DNA of 64,000 bases. Origin: Bacilli bacterium (lineage in GTDB: Bacteria; Bacillota_I; Bacilli_A; ML615J-28; CAG-313). The notes below the pieces were generated by a model that saw only the letters and a program-made list of their open reading frames with translations, had not been told where the DNA came from and made no database searches. Shown here in pieces: positions 1 to 11,200 of this stretch. Made by a program: the position numbers and the translations under genes. How positions within the stretch are numbered: position 1 is the first letter of the stretch; each line of letters opens with the position of its first letter. The stretch covers positions 8,277 to 72,276 of the forward strand of contig JAFQRV010000034.1 in the NCBI GenBank assembly GCA_017409905.1, written 5' to 3'.

Positions 1-2948
1 TAACCATCTACAAATATAAACATTGTATCTGATTCATATCTACCATAATATATATCTTTTTCAATATAAGTAAATGTATTTGTTTCTAAATCTAAATCAA
101 ATTGATATGCAAATGGTTGATTACCATTTTTACCTTCATTATATAAGTATAAACTATTATTTTCATAATCTATACCACCATTTAATAAACTTCTTGCTTC
201 CATACCAGTAATACTAAATACTAAAGTAGTACCAATTTGGAAAGTAATATTTTCATATGCGCTAAATGTTAAAGCCGCATTTTGTCCATTAAATGTTCCT
301 GTAAAACTCATATTAGAATATTTATATTTAGTTAATTCATCTTCAGTTAAAATTTTTCCTACTTTATTTGAGCTCATTGTAAATTGATATTCAACACCAC
401 AATAAGTCATTGATGAACTAATTCCTGTTTCCATTTGGAAATCCTCATCAAATTCTACAAATCCATGAGTTACTTCATATATTGTATCACTTGATACTTT
501 TTCAAATAAGTCTATCTCTAATGCATACCATTTAGAAGAATTATCTTCTTTATCAATCACATTAAATATATCAAATGTATAACCTATACTTACTTGTTCT
601 AAAATATGTGCACTTAATGAATTAATTGTAACATGATCTTTAAGTTCCCATTTTGCTTCATTAAAGTAAATTAATGGGCGTTTATCATTAATATATGATA
701 ATTTAATTTCATTTTCAGGAATAATTACTACTACTCCATTATCATAATACAATTCAAACTCATACGCGCCAACTTTAATATACATAGCGTTATCATCGAT
801 ACCATAAAGTATAGTCGCAAGTTTACCATCAACAGATATTACACCTTCATCAGTAATATATAAATTACCAATAGGTCTAGCGCTTGATCCGCTTGTTTCA
901 TATCCTTCTTCATCAGTAGAGTCACCTTCTGGAATTGTTGTTAATAATGTTTTATAAGTACCTACCATATCGGGATTTAATACTATTACATTAGCTACTT
1001 TTTCAATTCCTTCATAATTGATTTTTACTTGGTAAACACCATGTTTATGAGTATCTACTTTTCCTTCAATCATGTCTTGAGTAACTTCAATTTCTTCTTC
1101 GCCTACTTTTATCTTAAATAAGTCTTTTGTATATAATGTTTTACCTTCAAAAATAAACACATCTTTTGTTTCAATAACAATTTCAGATTCCATAATTACT
1201 TTGTATTCTACATATACAGGGGCTTTATCGACACCATATACATATACCGCAACCTTAACATTTTGGACACCAACATAGTCATAATCTATTTCATCTGAAA
1301 CAACATTAGCATAAGTCGCTATAACTGAAACTTGAGTAGGAATATTTGTTAGCTTTTGGTTTACACCATTTATTTCTACACTTAAATTACTAAATGCATT
1401 AAATGATGTTGTGTTACTTGGTAAAGTAATTAATGTATTCGCAACTTTTATTTTGTAAACTACATCAACAACTTTATAAGTTATTGTTTTACTAAACACT
1501 GTATCTTTAGTATAACCTAAAGATGTATCAGTATATGGGATTTCAATTGTTGCTTTATATTCACCAACAGTATTAAAATCTACTTTTTCTGTATTAATAT
1601 AACTACCTATATTAGTGAATTTAATGCCGTTAATTAATACAGTAAAGTCTTTTTCAAATGCATAGGAAACTTTAGATGTTCCTTTGCCAATTTCAATAAT
1701 TTCGCCTTTAGTATAATTAATTATTACACCTTGTTTTACTTCAACAATTGCAGTTTTAGTTATACCGGCATAGTTTATAACTATTTCATTTAAACCAACA
1801 GTTGAATAATCTATTGTGCCAGTTATCATATCAATTGTAACTGGTATTTTTTTATCTCCTTGTGTTATTTCAAATAGTGTTGTTAAATCAATATGTTCAC
1901 CATTTGGATAAGTAACAATATTTTTTGGAGTTATAACTATAGCACTTGTAGGAATTACTTTTATGCTACATGTTCCTACAACTTTTGTTTTACCTTCAGT
2001 ATAATTTACTTTAATTGTATAAATACCATCTTGACTACTATTTTCAAGACTTGATTTATCAATCATATCTTTTGTAACTTTTTGAGATACGCCATCTGAA
2101 TAGATTGTAAATAGACTAGTAAAATCAAAGTTTTGTAATTCTTTTTCCTCTATTTCAAATAATTTATAAGAATTAATGATTTCAATATTGGAATCAGTTA
2201 TAACGTTTACGATTAACGTCATAGTAGATTCGCCTAATGTTACTGTATATTGATATATTCCAACCTCACTTTGTACATTAGATTTTATCATATCATCAGT
2301 AATTGTTTGAATTTTACCACCAACAACAGCAGTAAATAAAGACTTATAATCAAAATTTTCTGCATCTGATTGTTTAACGGTAATTTCCTTTTCTGAAAGT
2401 TTTAATTGGTATGTAACTTCTGTAACATTAACAGTTACAGAAGCTTTCACACCTTGATATGTACAATAAATTTTATACGTTCCTTCACTAGCTCTAAGAT
2501 TAGATAAATCTAAGTATTCATCTAATACTTCGATATCTTTTCCTTCACTAGTTATAGTAAATAATTCTTTATAATTATAAGAGTTCACATAAACATTTTG
2601 TACATCAATTGATTCAACGTTTGATGATACAGTTGAACCTGTATTAACCTCAACAATGATAGAAGCAAACTTACTTTCAAATGTGCAAGTAACTATATAA
2701 GAACCTACGTTTGTAGATATAGCTGATGTATCTAAATATTTATCTAGAACAGCTACGTTTTTACCATCTTTTGTTATTGTGAATAAGCTCTTAAAATCAT
2801 AATTCAATACTTCAGTATCACTTATACTTACTTTATCTTGTTTAGCTGTTACCTCAATTACTGTCTGAGTAGTACCACCCATTTCACAGCCAACTAGGAA
2901 AACAAATGCTATAAGAATAACAACAAAGAACTTAAATAATTTCTTCAT
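1..2948 (-). CDS. Large surface lipoprotein with tandem Ig-like repeats (partial, runs off the window; absent from the ORF track)
   Basis: ATG at 2948 with RBS AGGAGG upstream. Manual translation MKKLFKFFVVILIAFVFLVGC (lipobox) stays open to position 1. About 8 repeats of ~80 aa resembling D(F/Y)xSLFTI..G...V....D......G.Y, then a beta-rich C-terminal part. Confidence 0.88.
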   Translation of the reverse strand, partial: MKKLFKFFVVILIAFVFLVGCEMGGTTQTVIEVTAKQDKVSISDTEVLNYDFKSLFTITKDGKNVAVLDKYLDTSAISTNVGSYIVTCTFESKFASIIVEVNTGSTVSSNVESIDVQNVYVNSYNYKELFTITSEGKDIEVLDEYLDLSNLRASEGTYKIYCTYQGVKASVTVNVTEVTYQLKLSEKEITVKQSDAENFDYKSLFTAVVGGKIQTITDDMIKSNVQSEVGIYQYTVTLGESTMTLIVNVITDSNIEIINSYKLFEIEEKELQNFDFTSLFTIYSDGVSQKVTKDMIDKSSLENSSQDGIYTIKVNYTEGKTKVVGTCSIKVIPTSAIVITPKNIVTYPNGEHIDLTTLFEITQGDKKIPVTIDMITGTIDYSTVGLNEIVINYAGITKTAIVEVKQGVIINYTKGEIIEIGKGTSKVSYAFEKDFTVLINGIKFTNIGSYINTEKVDFNTVGEYKATIEIPYTDTSLGYTKDTVFSKTITYKVVDVVYKIKVANTLITLPSNTTSFNAFSNLSVEINGVNQKLTNIPTQVSVIATYANVVSDEIDYDYVGVQNVKVAVYVYGVDKAPVYVEYKVIMESEIVIETKDVFIFEGKTLYTKDLFKIKVGEEEIEVTQDMIEGKVDTHKHGVYQVKINYEGIEKVANVIVLNPDMVGTYKTLLTTIPEGDSTDEEGYETSGSSARPIGNLYITDEGVISVDGKLATILYGIDDNAMYIKVGAYEFELYYDNGVVVIIPENEIKLSYINDKRPLIYFNEAKWELKDHVTINSLSAHILEQVSIGYTFDIFNVIDKEDNSSKWYALEIDLFEKVSSDTIYEVTHGFVEFDEDFQMETGISSSMTYCGVEYQFTMSSNKVGKILTEDELTKYKYSNMSFTGTFNGQNAALTFSAYENITFQIGTTLVFSITGMEARSLLNGGIDYENNSLYLYNEGKNGNQPFAYQFDLDLETNTFTYIEKDIYYGRYESDTMFIFVDG

Positions 2949-2967
2949 TTGTTATCCTCCTAGTTTA

Positions 2968-5841
2968 TTATTTATTTAAAATCCAATCACCTAAGTGATA
3001 GAAGTAAATAGATAAATGCTTAGTTTGATTGTTAGTAATAACAATTTCAATTTGACCTTTTGTTAATACAACATATCTATCGCCATAACCACTTTGACCA
3101 CCACTAGTATCAGTATTACTTTGATCTAATACATAGCCTTCTTCTTGTAATGCAGTAATTAATTCATTCATTAATTCTTCATAATTAGTAATTCTAGAAT
3201 TTTCATCAAATTCACTACTTTCAACATTAATACTTACATATTCTTTATAAATAGTTTCGCCATTTGCATCTGTACCATTTTCACGATAATCGAAGAAAGG
3301 ACCAAATACCATATCATCAAATACTTCTACAAAAATTTGTGGAGATGGTAAATCAACAGCGTGTTCTTTGAAGACATAATTTAAAACAACAGCTGCATTT
3401 TCTTCACGTGAAGTTGCTGAAGTATGTTCTGGTGAATAATATTTACATGTATATTCTTCCCATGTTGTTCTCCAAACACGTGGAACATAATCATCAAATG
3501 TATCTTCAGCTATTTCAGTAGTTCCAACTTCAGAATATTTTGTTTCAATTACACCATAATATACACCAGTTAGGTTATATGGATATTTAGTAGAAACTAA
3601 GTTACCATTTGCATCAACAACAATTGTTAATAATGAATCAGTTGAACTTTCAGCATCTTCTGCGTATGAATGCATTGATACTTCCATTGCGATATCTCTT
3701 GTAATTGCACCTTCTCTTAATACAAAGATATAAGTAGTATTGCTTCCTGTACCTTTAGTTCCAGCAAATTCAAATATATTTGCAGAGAATTCAAATTTAG
3801 GAAGTAATTCACTAATTGTTCCTTTAATTTTTCTAGTACCAGTTAATGAACCAGAAGTTTCACCACTTACAGGATCTTTTCTTGTTTGATATTCAAATTC
3901 ATCATAAGTATTATCATCATTTTGTTTATATCCATAATATTCAGTATGATATAGTTTATCATCCATTCCGTATGAATATTTGCCTGTATTTGCGATCAAT
4001 ATCGCATTTTCTGTCACTTGACCGAATTCTCCTACTGTACCTGTTGCAGATTGGTTATTTGCCACTTTATTAGATGAAACAGAACCAATTAAAGTAGTTC
4101 TAGGAGCAAACTTAATAGTTGCACCTTCTGTAGCACTAGCAGAAATTTCATACTCACCAGAATCACCAGATGGAGCATAAGTAGTAGTATCTACAGCTCT
4201 GTAAGTATAGTTAGTTGCATTATGCATTTTTTGTATTGCTTGTTCTAATAATTCTACATATTCTGGAGCTTCAAATGTTTGAGGATTAGGAACAACAGTA
4301 TTACCGACATTATGAATAGATAATTCTAATTCAGTAACACTCATTGCACTAGCTTCTTCAGCAGTTTCTGAACCATAATATAAAATTTCAGTTCTTGCAA
4401 TAATCTTTGAAATCTTGCCTTCTTCAATTACGAATGCAAAATAATGTAAAGTATCTTCTAACATTGGTGTTAAACAATATGATAAATAAGTCATTAAGTA
4501 TAAATCTTCAATGTTCTTTAAATCAATGTTATATTCATATCTTAATAATTCAGAATTATAAGTAAACTTCTCAATTGATAAATTACCTAAATGATTCCAT
4601 AAATGTTGAGCTTCCCAAACAGCTGGAATACTCATATAGTCTTTAATCATTTTTGAGGCAACTTCATTATTTTTATTAATATATAATTCTTCTAATGCAT
4701 GACCCGCAACACCAGCAGAATTCTTTATACCATCTTGTTCACCTTTACGATAATTATTAGCAATAATATTTTCAGTATCATTTTGGTAATTCCATTGACC
4801 AAACCATCTACCTGTACTCATCATTACTAATGAATCCATTCTAGTAGTTTTACTATTAAATGTATTATTAAAATCTGTATATTTATTAGTAACAACACCA
4901 CTTATTGTAATATTACTATTAGCTACTTCAGCAATTAAATCTGAAGTTAATTCACCAACTTGTCCTGGGATAATAGGAGCTTTAATTATTATTGTCTTTG
5001 ATTTAAATAAACTTTCATCACCATTTGCTGTACAAGTAACAGTAATGTTTGTATCTACCTTAACAGTACCGATTAATTTCAAAACATTATTTTCAATCTT
5101 AACTAAGTTTTCGTGAGAAACAGACCAAGTATAAGTAGTATCTTCAACACCTGTAACTATAGCACTTAGTAATACTTCTTCTCCTTCTGCAATAGTATCA
5201 CTTGCTGCACTAATTGTAATACTTCCTAATGAAGTAGGTGCTTTTACAGTAATTTGTTTTTCATCAAATACAGAATTATCTTCAACTGAGAATGCTTTAA
5301 TAGTTACTACAGTATCTACTGTAACATCTTTTAATACTGATAATACATTGTTATCGATTTTTAAAATAGATGTATCAGAAATATACCATCCATATGCACT
5401 ATTAGAAAAACCTTTAACTGCTACATTTAATGCAATTGTTTCACCAAATGTAATAGTATTTCTTTGAGTAGTAATTTCTACTGATTTTTCTTCAGCAAAT
5501 TTAACTGTAAATACTTTTGTTTCTTTTTTGCTAGCATCAGCATTAGCGAATACAATAACTGTAACTGTACGATCTGCAGTAACATCATCAATTACAGATA
5601 ATGTGTCATTTTCAATTTTAACTAAACTTGGATCAGAAATTACATATTGATAAGTTGTATCATCTGAACCAGTTACTTTAACATCTAATTTTATTGTTTC
5701 TCCTTTTGTAATGGTTGTGGTTGGAGCATTAAAAGTGATAGATACTTCTTGAGGATCTTTATCATCACCGCATCCAACAACAGCAAATACAGAGAAAACA
5801 AGTAATAATAAATAGAATATTTTAAATATTGATTTTTTCAT
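2968..5841 (-). CDS. Lipoprotein with three Ig-like (Big_2-type) domains and a large C-terminal region; paralog of 5867..8212
   Basis: Lipobox AVVGC; three repeats of the type TITxGE.I.L...V.G.....Y.W.IS....KI.NN.L; C-terminal region alignable by eye with the neighbour. Confidence 0.8.
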   Translation of the reverse strand: MKKSIFKIFYLLLLVFSVFAVVGCGDDKDPQEVSITFNAPTTTITKGETIKLDVKVTGSDDTTYQYVISDPSLVKIENDTLSVIDDVTADRTVTVIVFANADASKKETKVFTVKFAEEKSVEITTQRNTITFGETIALNVAVKGFSNSAYGWYISDTSILKIDNNVLSVLKDVTVDTVVTIKAFSVEDNSVFDEKQITVKAPTSLGSITISAASDTIAEGEEVLLSAIVTGVEDTTYTWSVSHENLVKIENNVLKLIGTVKVDTNITVTCTANGDESLFKSKTIIIKAPIIPGQVGELTSDLIAEVANSNITISGVVTNKYTDFNNTFNSKTTRMDSLVMMSTGRWFGQWNYQNDTENIIANNYRKGEQDGIKNSAGVAGHALEELYINKNNEVASKMIKDYMSIPAVWEAQHLWNHLGNLSIEKFTYNSELLRYEYNIDLKNIEDLYLMTYLSYCLTPMLEDTLHYFAFVIEEGKISKIIARTEILYYGSETAEEASAMSVTELELSIHNVGNTVVPNPQTFEAPEYVELLEQAIQKMHNATNYTYRAVDTTTYAPSGDSGEYEISASATEGATIKFAPRTTLIGSVSSNKVANNQSATGTVGEFGQVTENAILIANTGKYSYGMDDKLYHTEYYGYKQNDDNTYDEFEYQTRKDPVSGETSGSLTGTRKIKGTISELLPKFEFSANIFEFAGTKGTGSNTTYIFVLREGAITRDIAMEVSMHSYAEDAESSTDSLLTIVVDANGNLVSTKYPYNLTGVYYGVIETKYSEVGTTEIAEDTFDDYVPRVWRTTWEEYTCKYYSPEHTSATSREENAAVVLNYVFKEHAVDLPSPQIFVEVFDDMVFGPFFDYRENGTDANGETIYKEYVSINVESSEFDENSRITNYEELMNELITALQEEGYVLDQSNTDTSGGQSGYGDRYVVLTKGQIEIVITNNQTKHLSIYFYHLGDWILNK

Positions 5842-5866
5842 CTTTTATTTCTTCCTTTCTTTGTAA

Positions 5867-8212
5867 TTATATTTTCCAAACATAAATGAATAAATCCAAA
5901 CTTGAATCAACTGGAGCAACACATATATTTCCCTTACTAAATTCATTAGCATCATTTTTTACAAAGCCCAAAGATATTAAATAATCTTCGACAGCTTTAA
6001 GTGAAGAATCAATCGAATAATCGACATCTAAAGGAACATCGTAATATAAAGAAATACATTCATGATTTACCTTATTACTATCTCTGTGATAAGAAGTTAA
6101 TCCAAATCCAAAAGTATCACCAAGTGGTATACCAAAGAATGGTAATTCACTTAAGAATGTATCTTCTGCTTCTTGTCCTTCTTCAATCTTAAATACTTCT
6201 TTAAACATATCGACTGCATTGAATGCTTCATCATCTTCTGTATTGCCAGATACACTTGATTTATAAATTTCAAGTTGACTCCATGATGTTGGAACTTCTC
6301 TTTTTTCAAAAGATATTGAAACATCTTCTGGAATAAATGATTCATTGAACCCATAATATTCAATTTCAATTATGCCATATAAATAACCTAAATAGAAATA
6401 GAAACCAGATTCGACAATCATTTTAGTTTCATTATCTACTACTACATATGGAGTAAAATCTTCAGTTGCAGATATATATCCAACTGTTGCGAATAAACCA
6501 TATAATTGAATATCATTACCAACACCATAATAATATGTTGATGCAACAGCAGACATAATATCATTTACATAATAAGTAGTAGTTCCCTCTTTGTCATCTA
6601 CATAACGTTCAGTATATATTTCAGGAGCAAATGCAAATGTAGGCTTTGCTTTACTGAAATCGTCATTATAAGCACGTGATGCCTTAAATCCTAAACTATT
6701 CTTGTCTTTATCTTCTTCTTCAAAATATGCATTGTATAAATTTTCACTAAACTTATGATATCCATAGGCAGAATTTTTTATTGGTGTATATACTTCTTTT
6801 CCATATTTATCATAAGAAATAGTGTGTGGAACAAAATAACAATCATCACTAGTAATTATTTCGGTGAATCCTTCTTGTGTATAACCACTAGAAATACTAG
6901 AACCTGTTACTTGATTGAAAGTCATTGAATAACTTTCTAAATTTTGCATATTTTCAATAGCTTCTTTTAATAAAGTATGTTTTTCTTGATCAAAAACAAA
7001 CTTTGGAATTTTTGTTACTTTTACATTTTCTTCGCCATAATTAATAGCTACTATTAATTCTTGAACAGCTCTATATTGTTCAACAATTGTATAGTCATCT
7101 TTACTTATTGCATAAATACCCATGATTTCTCCTTCTTCAATAATTAAAGAGAAACCATTAGTTTTAAATTCATAAGGATTAGCAGAAGCAATTAATCTAT
7201 CATCTAATGATTCGTCACTACCAACGTATTTCCAACGCCATATTTCAGTGTCAAATTCAAAATCACTTACCTTTAATCCTTTAAAGTTATTATATAAACC
7301 ATATTCTTCCCAACTAATTGGATCACCTTTATTATCTAATGCAGGTTCATATTCTTCAACATTCATAAAGTTAACACCAACTTGACAAGCAATGTTATTA
7401 TGATTTTTAAAATATAATCCCATCTTTGTTAAAGTATCACCGTTTTCATATTCAGCATACCAGTATTCACCATCTAATGCAGTTCTTACAGATGTTGATG
7501 TAGTTGAATATAATTTGTTAGATTCATATGGATATAAATTAACATTAATATATCCTTCAAATGATAAATAATCTTCATTAGCAATTACATCTAACATTTC
7601 TTGAGTAAGTTCTGGTTTAGTAACTATTGTAATAATTTTACTACCATAATAGTTATTATCTTCATTACTAGCAGCAATTACTTCGATGACTTTATTACCT
7701 TCTTCATTTGAAACTTTAGTAGCAGTTAATATACCTTCTTGATCTATTGTCGCATATTCACTACCACTTTTAATAGACCATGTAACAGTAGTATCTTCAG
7801 CTCCTGTTACAGTTGCTTTTAAAGTGATTGATTTACCACTTCTTATTTCTGAAGAACCACTAATAGCGACCACGATATCCTTATTAGTAGGATCTGGAAC
7901 AACTATACTTGGTGCAGTATAGATTTGTGGAGCACTAGTAGGAGATTTTTCATAACCTTCAGCATAAGCTGTTATGCTATATACCATATCTATTTTCATA
8001 TTAGGTACAACATAAAATGGAGTAGTTACTTCAATCTCTTCATCATTTATTAAAACTTTATATGATGTTGCATTAGGAACTGCATCCCAAGTCAATACAC
8101 CATTTTTGTCTAATACAATATTTGTAGGAGTAGTAAGAACTTTTTCTTCGCCACAAGCAATTGTGAAAAACAACACGAAGATTAGTAGAAATACTTTAAT
8201 TAATTTCTTCAT
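5867..8212 (-). CDS. Lipoprotein with FN3-like and Ig-like domains and a large C-terminal region; paralog of 2968..5841
   Basis: Lipobox TIAC; LTTPTNI..VLTWDAVPNATSYKV (FN3-like); LKATVTGAEDTTVTWS..ATIDQEGILTA (Big_2-like). Confidence 0.8.
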   Translation of the reverse strand: MKKLIKVFLLIFVLFFTIACGEEKVLTTPTNIVLDKNGVLTWDAVPNATSYKVLINDEEIEVTTPFYVVPNMKIDMVYSITAYAEGYEKSPTSAPQIYTAPSIVVPDPTNKDIVVAISGSSEIRSGKSITLKATVTGAEDTTVTWSIKSGSEYATIDQEGILTATKVSNEEGNKVIEVIAASNEDNNYYGSKIITIVTKPELTQEMLDVIANEDYLSFEGYINVNLYPYESNKLYSTTSTSVRTALDGEYWYAEYENGDTLTKMGLYFKNHNNIACQVGVNFMNVEEYEPALDNKGDPISWEEYGLYNNFKGLKVSDFEFDTEIWRWKYVGSDESLDDRLIASANPYEFKTNGFSLIIEEGEIMGIYAISKDDYTIVEQYRAVQELIVAINYGEENVKVTKIPKFVFDQEKHTLLKEAIENMQNLESYSMTFNQVTGSSISSGYTQEGFTEIITSDDCYFVPHTISYDKYGKEVYTPIKNSAYGYHKFSENLYNAYFEEEDKDKNSLGFKASRAYNDDFSKAKPTFAFAPEIYTERYVDDKEGTTTYYVNDIMSAVASTYYYGVGNDIQLYGLFATVGYISATEDFTPYVVVDNETKMIVESGFYFYLGYLYGIIEIEYYGFNESFIPEDVSISFEKREVPTSWSQLEIYKSSVSGNTEDDEAFNAVDMFKEVFKIEEGQEAEDTFLSELPFFGIPLGDTFGFGLTSYHRDSNKVNHECISLYYDVPLDVDYSIDSSLKAVEDYLISLGFVKNDANEFSKGNICVAPVDSSLDLFIYVWKI

Positions 8213-11200
8213 CTTTCTTACCTCCTTTTTTCTTTAATAATATAACTACAAGAACACTTGCACCTGCAGCAACTAACACACCAGCAGATATAGATATTAT
8301 TAATATCCAAGGAATCTTCTTAGGTTCAGTTGTATCATCACCTGTATTAGGAATTTCCTCTTCTACTTTATGTGCTTTTTCATAAGCTTTATATAAATCT
8401 TCATAGTTATTTAAATCTAATAATGCTTTTTCATCTAGAGTTAAATTACTTAATTTTTTATTTATATTTAATAATTCATCTATAATTTCATCACTATATT
8501 CACTAGGTAAAGCATTTAATAATTCATTAACTTCACGTACTGCTTTCTTAGCATTACGTATTTTTATTTCTCTAATTTCATGTTTTGCAGATTCTACTGT
8601 TTCTATTAATTGATAATATTCATTTATATCATATCCAAATAGTGTAGGATCTTGTTTAATAGCTTTATAACATTTTATTGCATTATCTACTAATTCTTCA
8701 TTAGCAATAACAATGTTTTCTAAACCTGCAATCTCTCTTGCATATTCATAGAATTTAATTAAATTTTCTTCTTTAGCAAGATAATTATTATGGCCAGCAT
8801 CTTCTACACTACCAAAATATATATAATATACTAATGAATCATATCCGACTAAATTAGTATTAATTGGTAATACCATTTCAATAGATTCTTTTTTACCAAC
8901 TAAATCAATAAAGTTAAAATAGCATAATTCTAATCCAAATAATTCATATTGATTATGAATAATATCATATCCAGGATCTCCTTCTTCTAGAATGGCTTTA
9001 TCATTATATGAGTCTTCTAATTTAGGAGCTGTAAATGATTTAAATTCAACAGTCTTTAATGAGTCATATCCATAGAATGCATAATTACCGATTATTTCTA
9101 GTGAATCTGGTAATACAATTTTTGTAACATTTTTATTTTCATTACCTGCATAGAAATCAATTCTCGCAGTACCTTCTAATACTTCTAATGTAGTAACATT
9201 ACTTGCTTGTGGAACTGCAGTTAATTGTAATTTGCCATTTTCCATATATGTATATAGATTACCTTTTTCAATTAAAGCATAATCATTTATAGAACCATTA
9301 CTTTGTGTTCCTTCATTTGTAAAATAAGCAAAACTTTCTAAGCTTGTACATCCATTGAATGCTGCACTTCCTACTGAACTTAATTTGTTAGAGAAAACAA
9401 AATTCACGAGATGTTCATTATATTGGAAAGCATAATAACCAATCTTTTCAAGATTAGGAGCCTCAATGCTTGATAAAGCAGCACCTTGGAAACCATATTT
9501 TTCAACTTCTTTTAAATTAGGAGTATTTAAATCTCCTTTAATTTCTGTATCCGCAAATGCACCTTCTTTAACTAATTCAACACTACTTAAATCAACATTT
9601 TCCAAAGATGCACAAGAAATAAATGAATACATTTCAAATGTTTTAATATTTTCTAAATTAATTTTATTTAGCATTGAACAACCAGCAAATGTATATTCGC
9701 CAATTGTATCAATTGTATCTGGTAATATAACCTCTTCTAAACTTATACAATATGAGAATACGTAATTACCAATTGATGTTACACTAGATGGAATTTCAAT
9801 TTCTACAAGTTTTTCACATCCTAAGAATGCCCCATCACCAATTGTTTTTAGCGTATTTGGCAATAATAACTCTGTGAATATTGCACCACCGCCTGCGTAT
9901 GTGCTAGTTCTTGAGAACGCCCCTGCACCAATATTTTCCACAACAGGTACTGTAACATATAATAATTTAACACAATCACTAAAGGCATAATCACCAATAT
10001 TTTTTACGTTTGTTAAGTGGGCATTTAATAATTCTTGACAATTATAAAATGCATATTTTTCAATTGTATCATCTGTTTTAGAAAGGTCAATAGTTTTTAA
10101 TTGTACACAATTTAAGAAACATTGTTCACCAATGTGTACTCCACCATTTTCTGGCATATTAACTTTTACAAGACTACGACATTCTTGGAAACAAGCAAAA
10201 CCAAATTGAGCATTTTCACCAATAGTTACATTTTCTAAAGCTGCTTGGTAGAATACACCTTCACTATATACTGCGTTATCCGCAATATTAGCTGTTTTAA
10301 TACCAGATGAAGCGAAAGCATAACTGCCAACATTTTTCACAAATTGTAAATTTTCTACTTCTAGTAAATTTTTATCATTGTAAAAACTTCTAGCTTTAAT
10401 AGTAATATTATTATTAACTGGTAATATTACTTTTGTTAATTCTTCACAGTTTGCAAAAGCATAATCCCCAATAACTGTATTTATATTACTAATTGTTACA
10501 GTTTTAACATTGCTACCAGCAAAAGCTGAATTACCAATTTCCGCAATTGTTGAATCAATTACTAGATCGTTATAGTCAATAGCACTGGCTGCTAAAATAA
10601 TCTTTGTTTGATCTTTATTTAATAATAAATTACCTTCACTATTAGTTGAATAGTATGAGTTATTTGTATCAACAACAAACTTTGTTAAATTAGTACCATC
10701 AAATAATGTACCAAGTACATCTTCAAGATAAGTATTTTCTTGGAAATGAACTTCTTCTAATTCACTACATTCGTGGAATGCATAAGCTCCAAGTTTAACT
10801 TTAGAATTTGGAAGAGTAATCTTTTCTAATTTATTAGTTGCATAGAATACTTGTTCACCAATTGTATCTACAGAACCTTTAAATGTAAATTCTGTTAAGC
10901 TTGTACATTCACTAAATGCACCATTTTTAATTTCAATTAATGAATTATTTAAAACAACTTTTGTTAAACTTGCACATTGTGCAAAACAGAATTCTGGAAT
11001 TTCAATTGTTTCATATAAATTAGCTTCTTTAATACCACTATTAACAAACATTGCGTAAGATAGTTTAGTATGTCTACCAAATACAACTGTTTCTAAAGCA
11101 GTACAATCTTTAAATACTTCTTTTCCAGCATTTCTTAATGCAGTTAAATCAGCATATTCTAAGGAAGTACATCCCGCAAAAGCTCTAGCACCCATTGAAT

